Source: a phage. Taken from it: a stretch of 64,000 bases of DNA. The notes beneath the pieces were generated by a model. That model worked only from the letters and a program-made list of their open reading frames with translations, was not told the DNA's origin and searched no databases. The translations under genes and the position numbers were made by a program. The DNA is taken from assembly GCA_037574385.1 (NCBI GenBank), contig GCA_037574385.1_4529.1. One strand, written 5' to 3'. Positions 23,666 through 34,435 of the stretch are shown here, piece after piece (within the stretch, counting starts at the first letter, position 1; each line of letters starts with the position of its first letter).

Positions 23666-23833
23666 CTATAGTAAAAGTTGGGTTTCGTTCAATTGCTCTT
23701 CTGAACTTTCTGAAACCGGTAATTGTTGGACATAATTATAACAAGGACCAGGATGTGCCGGACCTTTGTCTGTTTCAACAACCAATGCAGAATCGATTGG
23801 AGTTTTACAGACAACACAAATCTTATCTGACAT
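23666..23833 (-). CDS. small Cys-containing protein (55 aa), uvsY.-2-like position; missed by ORF track
   Basis: ATG with strong GGAGG RBS at 5-nt spacing; translation MSDKICVVCKTPIDSALVVETDKGPAHPGPCYNYVQQLPVSESSEEQLNETQLLL; possible CxxC..H..C zinc-ribbon-like spacing. Confidence 0.6.
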   Translation of the reverse strand: MSDKICVVCKTPIDSALVVETDKGPAHPGPCYNYVQQLPVSESSEEQLNETQLLL

Positions 23834-23861
23834 GATTGCCTCCTCTGAATTATATATCTAT

Positions 23862-24086
23862 TTATACCACTCGCATGCACATATCGATACCCATATCTTT
23901 TGTATAAAAATACTCGTCGATGTACCCAGCAAACTTCCCTTTAATATAAAGGACGTCTTCGCCACAAGGATGGTCCGCCAGAATACGAATATCCTGGCGA
24001 CGTAGACGATACTTTTCCATTAAGAATTTAATTTCAGTTTCAAATTCTTCATCATTATTAAAGGCATCTTCAATTGAATAACGCAT
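23862..24086 (-). CDS. conserved small protein downstream of uvsY (uvsY.-1-like), 74 aa
   Basis: Start overlaps uvsY stop; position as T4 uvsY.-1. Confidence 0.7.
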   Translation of the reverse strand: MRYSIEDAFNNDEEFETEIKFLMEKYRLRRQDIRILADHPCGEDVLYIKGKFAGYIDEYFYTKDMGIDMCMRVV

Positions 24087-24499
24087 TATTGCCCCGCTTC
24101 AAATTCTCGCATATCTTGAATATGTTTAAGTGCAAAACTACGAGACTTAACTGCGTCAAGTGCACCACTACAGAACTCAAGTAAAATTCCCCAGTATTGT
24201 AAAGTAGTCTCTATTTTAAGCACATCTTTATCTGCAGCCAGGACAGTTTTCATTTCAGATTTCTCGTATCGGTCCATACTGAATTCATCACCATCACCTC
24301 GTCCCGAGTAGTAGTCTAATCTTGCTTTTAGAGCAGTTTTCTTCTGAGTCTCTATACGCAACATTTCTTTACGAATAAATGAGTGCTTACGTAGCCATTT
24401 GCTGTATAACTTAACATTATTCGCCGTCTCATATTGCAACTTTGTCGTATCAATAGCTAAGTCTGCGTCTAACTCTTCCTGTAAATCTTCCAGCTTCAT
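24086..24499 (-). CDS. uvsY: UvsY recombination mediator
   Basis: 137 aa from internal ATG (MKLEDLQEEL...) matching T4 UvsY; the track ORF has a 27-codon upstream extension that I do not accept. Confidence 0.93.
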   Translation of the reverse strand: MKLEDLQEELDADLAIDTTKLQYETANNVKLYSKWLRKHSFIRKEMLRIETQKKTALKARLDYYSGRGDGDEFSMDRYEKSEMKTVLAADKDVLKIETTLQYWGILLEFCSGALDAVKSRSFALKHIQDMREFEAGQ

Positions 24500-24579
24500 A
24501 ATGTTCTCTCTTTTAACTAATAATCTCCCGGCTGTATCGGAAGGACCTAAAACCATTATACATAGGTTGCCTTGAAGCA

Positions 24580-24978
24580 TTACACTCTATTGCTTGACGC
24601 TAACTGAAGTTTAATTTGTTCAATATCGTCAGGGTTGTCTACGACCGAAAATCTAATCTCTACTATAACCGTATAGTCATCATATACTGGCGTTACACTT
24701 ACAGAAAGTTTGTCGATGCGTGGCTCATAGTTACGAACAGCTGCTTGGATATTACGCTCAATCGTATCGGCTGTAAGTGGTGTCATGTTCTCGAAAAGTT
24801 CATCAACCAAATCGCATCCAAATTCAGGGTCGAATGGGCGTGAGCCTTTTCTGGTTGTCACTATGCCAAGAAGACTATTTTTAATAGAACGAAGTCCTAC
24901 AGAACGAGCAACGTCCTTGTTCCAATCCATACGCATTTCTGGGTCGATATCTGAATAAAGTTTATTGATATTAGACAT
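24580..24978 (-). CDS. 25: baseplate wedge protein gp25
   Basis: 132 aa; MSNINKLYSDIDPEMRMDWNKDV... as T4 gp25. Confidence 0.97.
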   Translation of the reverse strand: MSNINKLYSDIDPEMRMDWNKDVARSVGLRSIKNSLLGIVTTRKGSRPFDPEFGCDLVDELFENMTPLTADTIERNIQAAVRNYEPRIDKLSVSVTPVYDDYTVIVEIRFSVVDNPDDIEQIKLQLASSNRV

Positions 24979-25604
24979 TATAATAACTCAAAGAATTCTT
25001 TGAGGCCTCGTATTGTGTGAACGTGTGACGCCCCACATTTGGGACATTTAATAGGGGTTGCTAGATAAATTGATGGCGATACCAAAAGATTTTTAATATT
25101 GATCATGTCATCTTCTGTTATAAGGCCGTAAAGGTCATTTATTTCTGCTTCAGTTAAATCTTCAACAGGGATGGACTCTCCATTGACAAAAACAGCCTCA
25201 ATACATGAAGCAATCATTAATGCGATATTTTTATCATCAAATAATTTAGGTTGACGGAACTTAATTTTAATACCACTGAACGAATACCAGGGATCGGCCT
25301 GTTCATCTAATTGAGTGTGCAATAAATTCATATAGACTTGAAATGAATGCCCACAGGAACAATTCCAGGTGTGTTCTTGATTCACTTCACCTAATGAATG
25401 TGCCCACAGATTTACCAACAATAACTCGGCTTCTTGTTTAGACAAGTTTTTAGCATTAGAGCAATTAGTGATAATATTGTTCACTGCTGATTCAATAGTA
25501 CCGGTAGCACGAGCACCTATGAGCCCTAAATATTCTTTTAAAGTAAAGGCTCTACAATTCACTTCTTTATCGCCTAAACGTACGGTAAACGTATATTTGT
25601 ACAT
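24978..25604 (-). CDS. 26: baseplate hub protein gp26
   Basis: 208 aa; synteny and length as T4 gp26. Confidence 0.9.
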   Translation of the reverse strand: MYKYTFTVRLGDKEVNCRAFTLKEYLGLIGARATGTIESAVNNIITNCSNAKNLSKQEAELLLVNLWAHSLGEVNQEHTWNCSCGHSFQVYMNLLHTQLDEQADPWYSFSGIKIKFRQPKLFDDKNIALMIASCIEAVFVNGESIPVEDLTEAEINDLYGLITEDDMINIKNLLVSPSIYLATPIKCPKCGASHVHTIRGLKEFFELL

Positions 25605-25622
25605 GTTAACTCCTTTATTGTG

Positions 25623-25634
25623 TATTTATAAATA
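25623..25634. promoter_or_regulatory. divergent late promoters for genes 26 and 51 sharing a 12-bp palindrome TATTTATAAATA
   Basis: The palindrome contains TATAAATA on both strands, about 18-19 nt from each start codon. Confidence 0.6.
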
Positions 25635-25651
25635 ATAGAAAAGGAGTAATT

Positions 25652-26404
25652 ATGGCTAATATAATTCGTTGTAAATTACCGGATGGTGTTCATCGTTTTA
25701 AGCCGTTCACTGTGGCGGATTATAGAGACTTTTTACTAGTTAGAAATGATATCGAACATCGTTCGCCGCAAGAACAAAAAGAAATAATTGCTGATCTGAT
25801 TGATGATTATTTTGGCGAGTACCCTAAAACATGGCAACCATTTATATTCCTGCAAGTTTTTGCAGGCTCTATAGGCAAAACAAAAGTTCCCGTTATTTTC
25901 ACTTGTCCTAAATGCTCTAAAGAAAAAACTGCACCATTTGAAATATATCAAAAAGAACTAGTCGAACCTGAACTTGATGTTGCTGGTATAAAAATACGTT
26001 TTTCTTTCCCTGAAAAGTTTTATGACAACAAAGCATTAATGATAAGTGAAAACATAAAAGAAATATATTATAACGATGAATGGTACCCATGGAATGATTT
26101 GACTGAAGAGAACCAAATCCAAGTAATAGAAGCAATAGACATTGACTCGCTCGAGAAGGTTATTGCTTCTATGAATCCTATTAATTTGACCCTTAGATTA
26201 GGTTGTTGTGAACGTCATGTTAAAACATACACTGATATCTTAGAGGTTTTTAAATTGTTAGTTAACCCTGATGAGATTTTTACATTCTATCAGATAAACC
26301 ATTCACTTGTAAAGAGTCAATACACATTGGATTCTATTATGCAAATGATTCCTGTTGAACGTGGTATTGCTTTAACATTAGTAGAAAAGGACCATAAAAA
26401 ATGA
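25652..26404 (+). CDS. 51: baseplate hub assembly catalyst gp51
   Basis: 250 aa; synteny (26/51 divergent pair). Confidence 0.9.
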   Translation: MANIIRCKLPDGVHRFKPFTVADYRDFLLVRNDIEHRSPQEQKEIIADLIDDYFGEYPKTWQPFIFLQVFAGSIGKTKVPVIFTCPKCSKEKTAPFEIYQKELVEPELDVAGIKIRFSFPEKFYDNKALMISENIKEIYYNDEWYPWNDLTEENQIQVIEAIDIDSLEKVIASMNPINLTLRLGCCERHVKTYTDILEVFKLLVNPDEIFTFYQINHSLVKSQYTLDSIMQMIPVERGIALTLVEKDHKK

Positions 26405-27573
26405 CAGTATTCCAACGTCCAGGATATCCTAACTTAAGCGTTAAATTATACCAAGATTATTCGGCTTGGCAAGAAAATAGATATGTTGAACTCGCAGCAA
26501 CAATAACAACTTTAACCATGCGAGATTCACTATATGGAAGAAATGAAGGGATTCTTCAATTTTATGACACTAAAAACATCCACACTAAAATGGATGGTAG
26601 ACAGATAGTTCAAATCTCTGTTTCAAATTCAAACACACCTCTTCAAGTTAGAACTCGAATTTACGGATGTAGACATTATTCTGTGTCTGTGGACTCAAAA
26701 GGTGACAATATTATTGCAATTGAGCTTGGAACAATACATTCTATAGAGAACCTTAAATTTGGGCGTCCATTCTTCCCAGACGCAGGAGAATCTATACGTG
26801 AAATGTTAGGTGTCATATATAAAGACCGTACGTTAATTACTCCGCCAATAAACACTATTAATGCTTATGTTCCTGATATTCCTTGGACAAGCACATTTGA
26901 TGATTATTTGGCATATGTCAGAGAATTAGGACTTGCTACAGCGAGTGATAAGTTCGTATTCGTATGGCAAGATATTTTAGGCGTAAACATGATTGACTAC
27001 GATACTCTTATTGGCCAGGAAGGCATTAAGATGGTTGTAGGCGAGCCAAATACTGTAGGTCAGTATATTCAAGAGCTTGAGTATCCATTAGTATGGGATT
27101 TTACCTGGATGACTAAAGCTAACCAATTTACAAGAGACCCTATTAAAAACGCCACAATATTCGCCCATTCATTTTTAGATACATCTATTCCGGTTATTGT
27201 TACAGGTGATGGTGATAATGCTATTCTTGTGTCAAGATCCGGCGGATATTCCGAAATGACCTATCGTAATGGATTTGAAGAAGCAAGTCGTCTTCAGACA
27301 ATGGCTCAATATGACGGATATGCTAAATGCACTACTACAGGTAATTTTAACATAACGCCTGCTACTAAAATTATATTTGTTGACCAAAAGAATCAATTCA
27401 AATCCGAATTTTACGTCGATGAAGTTATTCATGAGTTATCAAATAACAACTCACAAACTCATCTGTACATGTTTACCAACTCAATGGTGTTAGAACCTGT
27501 TAACCCAGTTAAGGTTAAAAATGAACTTAAATCTGATTCTACCTCTAAAGAAAATAATTCTACCACAGTCTAA
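26401..27573 (+). CDS. 27: baseplate hub protein gp27
   Basis: 390 aa; synteny and length as T4 gp27. Confidence 0.93.
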   Translation: MTVFQRPGYPNLSVKLYQDYSAWQENRYVELAATITTLTMRDSLYGRNEGILQFYDTKNIHTKMDGRQIVQISVSNSNTPLQVRTRIYGCRHYSVSVDSKGDNIIAIELGTIHSIENLKFGRPFFPDAGESIREMLGVIYKDRTLITPPINTINAYVPDIPWTSTFDDYLAYVRELGLATASDKFVFVWQDILGVNMIDYDTLIGQEGIKMVVGEPNTVGQYIQELEYPLVWDFTWMTKANQFTRDPIKNATIFAHSFLDTSIPVIVTGDGDNAILVSRSGGYSEMTYRNGFEEASRLQTMAQYDGYAKCTTTGNFNITPATKIIFVDQKNQFKSEFYVDEVIHELSNNNSQTHLYMFTNSMVLEPVNPVKVKNELKSDSTSKENNSTTV

Positions 27574-28054
27574 TAAAAAGGTAATGATTCCCAAATTAGG
27601 GCTCAAACATTATAATCTTTTAAAGGACGTTAAAGGTCCTGATGAAAACATGAAAATCTTAGCTGATTCTATTTGTAAAAATATGAGTCCCGCAGATTTT
27701 GATTTTGCATGTCTACACATATTGGAATTTAATAACAAACTTAAGTCTGAAGTTGAAAAAGACGGATTCACTTATAAACTAGATGACGTTTATGTATGTC
27801 AACGAACGGAATTCCAATTCCAAGGTAATACTTTTTATTTTAGACCCCCAGGCAAATTTGAACAATTCGCTACAATCAGTGAAATGCTATCAAATTGCTT
27901 AATAAAAGTTAATGACGAAGAGAAAGAAATTTCTTTCCTTGAGATGCCTGCTTTTGTAATCAAATGGGCAGAAGACCTTTCGACAACTATTGCTATTCCA
28001 GGCCCTAATGGCCCTATTAAGGGTATAGCAGAAATTATTGGATTGCTTGAATGA
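27521..28054 (+). CDS. 28: baseplate hub distal subunit gp28
   Basis: 177 aa; overlaps gp27 3' end as in T4. Confidence 0.88.
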   Translation: MNLNLILPLKKIILPQSNKKVMIPKLGLKHYNLLKDVKGPDENMKILADSICKNMSPADFDFACLHILEFNNKLKSEVEKDGFTYKLDDVYVCQRTEFQFQGNTFYFRPPGKFEQFATISEMLSNCLIKVNDEEKEISFLEMPAFVIKWAEDLSTTIAIPGPNGPIKGIAEIIGLLE

Positions 28055-29823
28055 AACCTGAAGAAATGAAATCCATGCGTAGAAATAAGGTCATTGCCGA
28101 TAATAAACCACAAAAAGTAGCTGCAACAGCAGCTACCGATTCATTAGAAGCATTGAATAACATTTCATCAAAACTAGACGATGTCCAAGCCGCGTCTGAA
28201 CTCACATCACAAAGTGTAGAAGATAAAGGCAATGGAATTATTGAATCAATTGGAGACTTAAAGAATTCGACAGATAATACTGCTGAAGGCACAGAGCTTA
28301 TCGCAGAAGTTATTGAAAAACAAACTGAAGTCACTAAAAGTATAAACGAAGTTTCTAGTGCAATAAGCTCTAAGTTAGACCGATTAGCTACATTATTAGA
28401 GCAAAAATTACAAACATCTACCGCTATTCAAAATACAGGAGGCACCTCTCTTGAAGTAATTGAGAACGCGATACCTGTTAAAGTGGTTGAGAACGAAACT
28501 TCTGATGAGTTGTTTAAAGCATTACCTACACCTGAAAAGATTGATAATAAGCCAGACGAAGATTTCTTCCCAGCACCGGTTCAAGAAAGCGCTAATTCTA
28601 CTTCCGATTCTAAAGGCGGGATTAGCTTTAAATTGAGCGATAAAATTGCAATGCTCACCAAAACAGTTCAAACCGGGTTTAATAAATCAATATCAATTTC
28701 AGACAGAATTGCTGGAATGCTTTTCAAATACACTATAACGGCTGCTATTGAAGCAGCAAAAATGGCCGCACTTATTCTTGGTATTGTTATCGGTATTGAT
28801 TTATTGATAGTCCATTTCAAATATTGGACAGACAAGTTCACTTCTGCCTGGGATTTATTTGATGAAAACTTTACTAAATTCTCTGATGAAGCTAAAGAGT
28901 GGGGTAAATTCTTAAGTGATATATTCACTTCTATTGACTCGATAAAACAATTGTGGGAAGCTGGAGACTGGGGTGGTTTAACCGTTGCTATTGTCAAAGG
29001 TGTAGGAACAGCATTAATGAACTTAGGTGAACTAATTCAATTAGGAATGGCTAAACTCTCTGCGTCTATATTGCGTGCTATAGGTTTTGGTGATACTGCG
29101 GACGAAATAGAAGGACGTGCTTTAGAAGGATTCCAAGAAACTACTGGGAACAAATTAAAGAAAGAAGACCAAGAGAAAGTCGCTAAATACCAAATGAAGC
29201 GTGACGATGGGGAATTAGGAACCGTTTCTAAAGGTCTTGATATGTTACAACGCGGCAAAACATTCGTTACTAACTGGGTTCGTGGTAATGACAATAAAGA
29301 AGAGTTTAGTACAAGCGATGAGCGTGCTGCGGAATCAGCAAAATTAAAAGAGCTACCTGAAGAGGAGCGTAAAGAGGCATATATAAAAGCTAATGAAACT
29401 CGGGCAGCCTTAGTTAGATTTGAGGATTATATCGATAAAATCGATATGACTAATCCGGAAAATGCTAAAAACGTTGAGAAGTCTTATGCTGATTTAAGTA
29501 AACTTATTAAAGACCCTGAACTTAATAAAACTCCTGTCGTTAAAAAGGAATTAGATGCTAGATTTGAAAAGCTAAATAATAAAATGGCTGAAGCCAAAAA
29601 AGCTCAGACAACAGTTAAGCCTGAATCTTCAACTAAATCTCCAGAAGCAAAACAAGTTCAGTCAATAGAGAAAGGACGTGCTTCTGAATCTAAACAACAG
29701 CAACCGGTAGCGACGATTAGTAACACAAACAATGTCGTCAAAAAGAATACCGTAGTCCAGAATATGACCCCTGTAACAAGTACAACGGCTCCTGGAATTT
29801 TCCATGCCACCGGTGTTAATTAA
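28051..29823 (+). CDS. 29: baseplate hub / tail length determinator gp29
   Basis: 590 aa, same length as T4 gp29; internal hydrophobic segment. Confidence 0.93.
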   Translation: MKPEEMKSMRRNKVIADNKPQKVAATAATDSLEALNNISSKLDDVQAASELTSQSVEDKGNGIIESIGDLKNSTDNTAEGTELIAEVIEKQTEVTKSINEVSSAISSKLDRLATLLEQKLQTSTAIQNTGGTSLEVIENAIPVKVVENETSDELFKALPTPEKIDNKPDEDFFPAPVQESANSTSDSKGGISFKLSDKIAMLTKTVQTGFNKSISISDRIAGMLFKYTITAAIEAAKMAALILGIVIGIDLLIVHFKYWTDKFTSAWDLFDENFTKFSDEAKEWGKFLSDIFTSIDSIKQLWEAGDWGGLTVAIVKGVGTALMNLGELIQLGMAKLSASILRAIGFGDTADEIEGRALEGFQETTGNKLKKEDQEKVAKYQMKRDDGELGTVSKGLDMLQRGKTFVTNWVRGNDNKEEFSTSDERAAESAKLKELPEEERKEAYIKANETRAALVRFEDYIDKIDMTNPENAKNVEKSYADLSKLIKDPELNKTPVVKKELDARFEKLNNKMAEAKKAQTTVKPESSTKSPEAKQVQSIEKGRASESKQQQPVATISNTNNVVKKNTVVQNMTPVTSTTAPGIFHATGVN

Positions 29824-29831
29824 GGATTATT

Positions 29832-30941
29832 ATGATTAGTGTAAAAGAAATAGTAGTAGATGCAAAGGATTTAAATAAAGCAATCCCAGTCTCAGAAAGT
29901 GCTGGGCAAAGCACTAAAACCGAAACAACTACTAAAACTTATGTTGCTCAATTTCCTACAGGAAGAGCAGCCGGAAATGACTCCACAGGAGACTTCCAGG
30001 TAACAGACCTTTATAAGAATGGATTATTATTTACCGCGTACAATATGTCTGCACGCGATTCAGGATCCCTCAGGAATTTACGTCCGGCATACGCCGGGAC
30101 TTCATCTAATGGTATCATATCAGATTTAACTGATAATGTGAAAGATGCGGTGACTAAATTCTCAAACGGATTGCTTCCTGCTGGAGCTAATAAATCTACT
30201 ATAAATAAAACTCCTGTTGCTAATATACTTTTGCCACGTTCCAAATCTGACGTTGATACAACTTCACATCGTTTTAATGATATCGGTGATAGCCTTATTA
30301 CTAAAGGTGGAGGTACTGCTACGGGCGTTTTAAGTAACATTGCTTCTACTGCAGTTTTTGGTGCATTAGATTCTATTACTCAAGGTCTTATGGCTGATAA
30401 TAACGAACAGATTTATACGACTTCTCGTAGTATGTACGGCGGTGCTGAGAACCGTACTAAAGTCTTTACATGGGATTTAACTCCACGTTCAACTGAAGAC
30501 CTTATGGCTATTATAAACATTTACCAATATTTTAACTATTTCTCATATGGCGAGACTGGTAAATCACAATACGCCCAAGAGATTAAAAGTTATTTAGACG
30601 AATGGTACCGTTCAACGTTTATTGAGCCTATGACACCAGACGATGCTGTAAAAAATAAGACATTGTTTGAAAAGATTACTGCGTCATTAACAAACGTATT
30701 AGTTGTAAGCAACCCTACAATTTGGATGGTTAAAAACTTTGGACACACGTCTAAATTTGACGGGTTAACTGATGTATTTGGCCCATGTCAAATTCAAAGC
30801 GTACGTTTTGATAAAACTCCAAATGGACAATTTAATGGTCTCGCTGTTGCTCCTAACTTACCATCAACATTTACGTTAGAGATAACAATGCGAGAAATTA
30901 TTACATTAAACCGTTCTTCACTTTATGCGGGGACTTTCTAA
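29832..30941 (+). CDS. 48: baseplate tail tube cap gp48
   Basis: 369 aa; synteny. Confidence 0.9.
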   Translation: MISVKEIVVDAKDLNKAIPVSESAGQSTKTETTTKTYVAQFPTGRAAGNDSTGDFQVTDLYKNGLLFTAYNMSARDSGSLRNLRPAYAGTSSNGIISDLTDNVKDAVTKFSNGLLPAGANKSTINKTPVANILLPRSKSDVDTTSHRFNDIGDSLITKGGGTATGVLSNIASTAVFGALDSITQGLMADNNEQIYTTSRSMYGGAENRTKVFTWDLTPRSTEDLMAIINIYQYFNYFSYGETGKSQYAQEIKSYLDEWYRSTFIEPMTPDDAVKNKTLFEKITASLTNVLVVSNPTIWMVKNFGHTSKFDGLTDVFGPCQIQSVRFDKTPNGQFNGLAVAPNLPSTFTLEITMREIITLNRSSLYAGTF

Positions 30942-31903
30942 TGTACTCTTTAGAAGAATTTAATAACCAAGCTATAAATGCAGATTTTCAACGAAACAAT
31001 ATGTTTAGTTGTGTATTTGCTACTACACCATCGACCAAATCGTCTTCACTAATTTCGTCAATTGGTAGTTTTGCTTATAATAACTTAGGGTTGGATTCTG
31101 ATTGGCTAGGATTGACTCAAGGTGATATCAATCAGGGCGTAACAACCCTGATTACAGCAGGAACACAGAAATTAATTCGAAAATCAGGTGTAAGTAAATA
31201 TCTGATTGGAGCAATGAGTCAACGTACGGTACAAAGCTTGTTAGGTGAGTTCACAGTAGGAGCTTATCTGATAGACTTCTTCAATATGGCATATAATAAT
31301 ACAGGTTTAATGATTTATTCTGTAAAAATGCCTGAGAACCGATTATCTTATGAAACAGATTTCAACTATAACTCACCGAACATCCGAATTACCGGTCGTG
31401 AAATGGACCCGTTAGTAATAAGCTTTAGAATGGATTCTGAAGCATCTAACTTTAGAGCAATGCAAGACTGGGTAAACTCGGTCCAAGACCCTGTAACAGG
31501 TCTTCGTGCTTTACCACAAGACGTCGAAGCAGATATTCAGGTTAATTTACATGCACGAAACGGTTTACCACATACCGCTGTCATGTTCACCGGATGTATT
31601 CCTGTTAGTGTCTCTTCTCCTGAGTTAACGTATGATGGTGATAATCAGATAACAGTTTTTGATGTAACATTTGCTTATCGCGTTATGCAATCAGGTGCTG
31701 TAAATAGACAGGCTGCTTTAGAATGGCTGGAATCAGGACTTATTAGTAGTGTTTCAGGAATGTTCGGAAATAATCAAAATGATTCTGGGCTAGGAAGTGC
31801 AGTATCAAGACTTTCTAGATTAGGTGGGACTGCTGGAGGTGTGTCTAATATAAACACATTGACAGGCGTGGTGAATTCTGCATCAAGAGTTTTAGGTCTA
31901 TAA
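30941..31903 (+). CDS. 54: baseplate tail tube initiator gp54
   Basis: 320 aa; synteny. Confidence 0.9.
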   Translation: MYSLEEFNNQAINADFQRNNMFSCVFATTPSTKSSSLISSIGSFAYNNLGLDSDWLGLTQGDINQGVTTLITAGTQKLIRKSGVSKYLIGAMSQRTVQSLLGEFTVGAYLIDFFNMAYNNTGLMIYSVKMPENRLSYETDFNYNSPNIRITGREMDPLVISFRMDSEASNFRAMQDWVNSVQDPVTGLRALPQDVEADIQVNLHARNGLPHTAVMFTGCIPVSVSSPELTYDGDNQITVFDVTFAYRVMQSGAVNRQAALEWLESGLISSVSGMFGNNQNDSGLGSAVSRLSRLGGTAGGVSNINTLTGVVNSASRVLGL

Positions 31904-31913
31904 GAAAAAAAAA

Positions 31914-31930
31914 GGGAGACAACGTCTCCC
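31914..31930. terminator. bidirectional terminator GGGAGAC-aac-GUCUCCC between gene 54 and the alt operon
   Basis: A9 tract upstream, UUU downstream; lies between convergent transcription units. Confidence 0.8.
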
Positions 31931-31939
31931 TTTAGGGGT

Positions 31940-32233
31940 TTATTTACGGAATGAAAGGAATGCTGGTGCTCGGAATGGAGTATCATCTTTAGAGTATTTA
32001 ACTAATACGACCATTGGTACCTCTGTTTCTAAATGTCCTGACAATACACCGATAAAAATTTGATCAGTGTGCTCAGGGTCACGAAAGTTTTTAAGAGGTT
32101 CCATAGCAATATGGAATGCACCTGGGAATACTCGATTCAATTCGTCAATCACAGCTTCGTTAAAAACATCATCTGCCGGGATAACATCTTCAACTACTAG
32201 TTCTTGACCATTAAAGCGAAGCATAGATTTCAT
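31940..32233 (-). CDS. hypothetical protein (97 aa) downstream of alt
   Basis: Start at internal ATG (MKSMLRFNGQ...) preceded by GAGGA RBS; early-type promoter upstream. Confidence 0.6.
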   Translation of the reverse strand: MKSMLRFNGQELVVEDVIPADDVFNEAVIDELNRVFPGAFHIAMEPLKNFRDPEHTDQIFIGVLSGHLETEVPMVVLVKYSKDDTPFRAPAFLSFRK

Positions 32234-32262
32234 AACGTTTTCCTCATGTTGTTGATGGGATG

Positions 32263-32292
32263 ATAGTATCACACATCCATGTGTTTGTAAAC
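32263..32292 (-). promoter_or_regulatory. early-type promoter GTTTAC-N18-TACTAT overlapping alt stop
   Basis: Minus strand GTTTACaaacacatggatgtgtgaTACTAT. Confidence 0.5.
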
Positions 32293-34379
32293 TATCCTTG
32301 GACAAATTTAAACGGAACCGATTCCAAATCCATTAAAGATGCTAACAGTTTCAATCCTTTAGGTGCACTGTTTATTTCTACGAATGAGGCAAAAGATACC
32401 GGCTCATCTGATTCGATTTCACCCGTCATAGCAACCACCTCGCCTGTTTCCATGAGAACATCACCGTCGTAAATGACTGCTTCATCCAACTGGTCAGAGG
32501 ACATGACTTCGGCTTGAATAAATTTAAGGTTGGATTCTAAACCTGCACCAGTGTCAGATGACGCATCTGTAATTTTATTTATCTGCAAGAGAATGCCTCT
32601 AGGCAAAATAATTTCTTGCTCATTAGGGTGATTACTCAACTGTCCTGGATAAATCACGTTAACTTTATGAGCACCATCAATAGCCCATCCAACGTTAACA
32701 CGGATTTGTTCTGGTGCATGCATAGCTGTTCTTACTTGACTAGGAGAAATAGTAACACCTTCGTCATTATTGTCAATGTTAAGCTCTTTGCGAACTTCTT
32801 CAGGAGCAAGTCCAAGGGCAACGTTTTCTTTAAACCCGCCAAAAATAATAGGAGCTAATGAAGTAGAAACATAGTTTCTGAAGTAGAATACCTTATTTTT
32901 AACCATTGCTTCATAAATAGGCATTCTGATAGACTGAGCTCTATACAACGTTAGTCCTTCAGGTAAACGGTCTCCGTTTAAAAACGCTGAATCAAGACCA
33001 TCAATAGCGCGTTTAACTTCATCTTCATCTGCAACATCGTAAAAATCTGGTTTATAACGTCCTAACAACATATTATTGATATCGGTATACGCAGAAGAGG
33101 CATATTCACGAATAGCTCGTTTTTCAGCAACAGAGTATTGTTTAGGGTCCCGATTCATTGTTATATTAAAGGTGCCTCTAGCCGATTCTCGTGCATAAGT
33201 ATACATCACATTAGACAAGAACGCTGATTTACGTTGTTTCCAAGTTTTTTCAGATACTTCAGCTAAAACGTCGTCAGCCAGTTGGAAATTATCTCGTCTA
33301 AAATCTTCAAACCATTCGTCTTTAATAGAGTCTGCAATTTCGTTTGCAGCTTCAACAAAAGCAGCTAATGCTTTAACAGATGTTGTTTTTTCGGTTTTAA
33401 TTTTCTTAGCAAACTTTTCTAAAGTTGGCTTAATAACACTACCATAAGAAACTTCATCAGCAAATCTAAAGGATTCATCAATACGATTATAAATCTTATT
33501 TTCGATATCAGCAACTAAAGTGCCTTTTGCTGTGGATGATGCTTGGGCTAGTACGATTTCATATGCTTCAGGAAGTAATTCGGCTGTAGCTGGGCCACTA
33601 ACTTCTTTAGCAGAATTTTCGTATTTCTGGAATAACTCACCTTCTTGGCGGTCAGCTTCTAAAGATTGGCTTGCTGCAATAGCACGACGAGAAATTTTAG
33701 TATGAGCAATAACAGGCTTATCTTTACGTTTTTCTTCTACAGCAGCAATAGAACCAGCGATAGCAGTTTCTTTGGTGACCGTTTCGCCGGTCTTTTTACT
33801 CACATAAACTTCGCCAACATCAGAATCTACTTTCGTGTACAACTCTGTGTTAATGTTAGGGATGCCTTTAATATCTTCAATGTTGGCATTTTTACGAACC
33901 ATCATCACATAGGTGTGTTTACCTGTGAATTGATACATTGCAGACAATACTTTAAAACGACCACCAGTTTTAGTAGAAACTAAACGAGCAAGAAGAGTTT
34001 GAAGCTGCTGACCACGTCCTTTCAATTTCTTGGTAGGGAATCGGAACAGAACTGCATCCATACGAAGAGCTTTAACCTGTTCATATACTGTATTGAAAAT
34101 GGTGTTGATTGCATCAATAGGAGCAGGACCAAGGCCATTTTTCAATTCAGCGAGATTACCCTTTTCAGACAGACTCATAATAACAACATGAGCATATTTA
34201 TCGCCAAGTTTAACTTGTTTTACAGCGTCGCCTTCAGAAAGGTAAGAGAATAAGCGAACTACGATGTTTGTATCGATATCACCAATTTTCCAGACTTGTG
34301 GAACTTTAGCTTTAGGGTTCAAATTGACGACAGGAAGACTGCCTTCAGATTCAAACACTTCATTTAATTGTTCAGACAT
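32292..34379 (-). CDS. alt: Alt ADP-ribosyltransferase (packaged into the capsid in T4)
   Basis: 695 aa; N-terminal and central similarity to T4 Alt; position between gene 54 and DNA ligase. Confidence 0.88.
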   Translation of the reverse strand: MSEQLNEVFESEGSLPVVNLNPKAKVPQVWKIGDIDTNIVVRLFSYLSEGDAVKQVKLGDKYAHVVIMSLSEKGNLAELKNGLGPAPIDAINTIFNTVYEQVKALRMDAVLFRFPTKKLKGRGQQLQTLLARLVSTKTGGRFKVLSAMYQFTGKHTYVMMVRKNANIEDIKGIPNINTELYTKVDSDVGEVYVSKKTGETVTKETAIAGSIAAVEEKRKDKPVIAHTKISRRAIAASQSLEADRQEGELFQKYENSAKEVSGPATAELLPEAYEIVLAQASSTAKGTLVADIENKIYNRIDESFRFADEVSYGSVIKPTLEKFAKKIKTEKTTSVKALAAFVEAANEIADSIKDEWFEDFRRDNFQLADDVLAEVSEKTWKQRKSAFLSNVMYTYARESARGTFNITMNRDPKQYSVAEKRAIREYASSAYTDINNMLLGRYKPDFYDVADEDEVKRAIDGLDSAFLNGDRLPEGLTLYRAQSIRMPIYEAMVKNKVFYFRNYVSTSLAPIIFGGFKENVALGLAPEEVRKELNIDNNDEGVTISPSQVRTAMHAPEQIRVNVGWAIDGAHKVNVIYPGQLSNHPNEQEIILPRGILLQINKITDASSDTGAGLESNLKFIQAEVMSSDQLDEAVIYDGDVLMETGEVVAMTGEIESDEPVSFASFVEINSAPKGLKLLASLMDLESVPFKFVQG

Positions 34380-34419
34380 AGTGTTTTCCTTTTAGTAATA
34401 ATTTATATTTATGCCAAAA

Positions 34420-34435
34420 AGAGCCCGAAGGCTCT
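34420..34435 (-). terminator. terminator AGAGCC-UUCG-GGCUCU + UUUUUGG upstream of alt
   Basis: GC stem, UUCG loop and U-tract on the minus strand; followed by ATAAATA late-like element before alt. Confidence 0.7.

Noticed and set aside
23689-24005. Track ORFs 23689..23880 (minus) and 23766..24005 (plus, TTG start)
   Set aside because: Overlap the better-supported 55-aa and 74-aa minus-strand genes; no RBS
24500-24580. 27-codon N-terminal extension of the uvsY ORF in the track
   Set aside because: T4 UvsY starts at the internal Met (MKLEDLQEEL, 137 aa); the extension would run into the gene 25 terminus and promoter region
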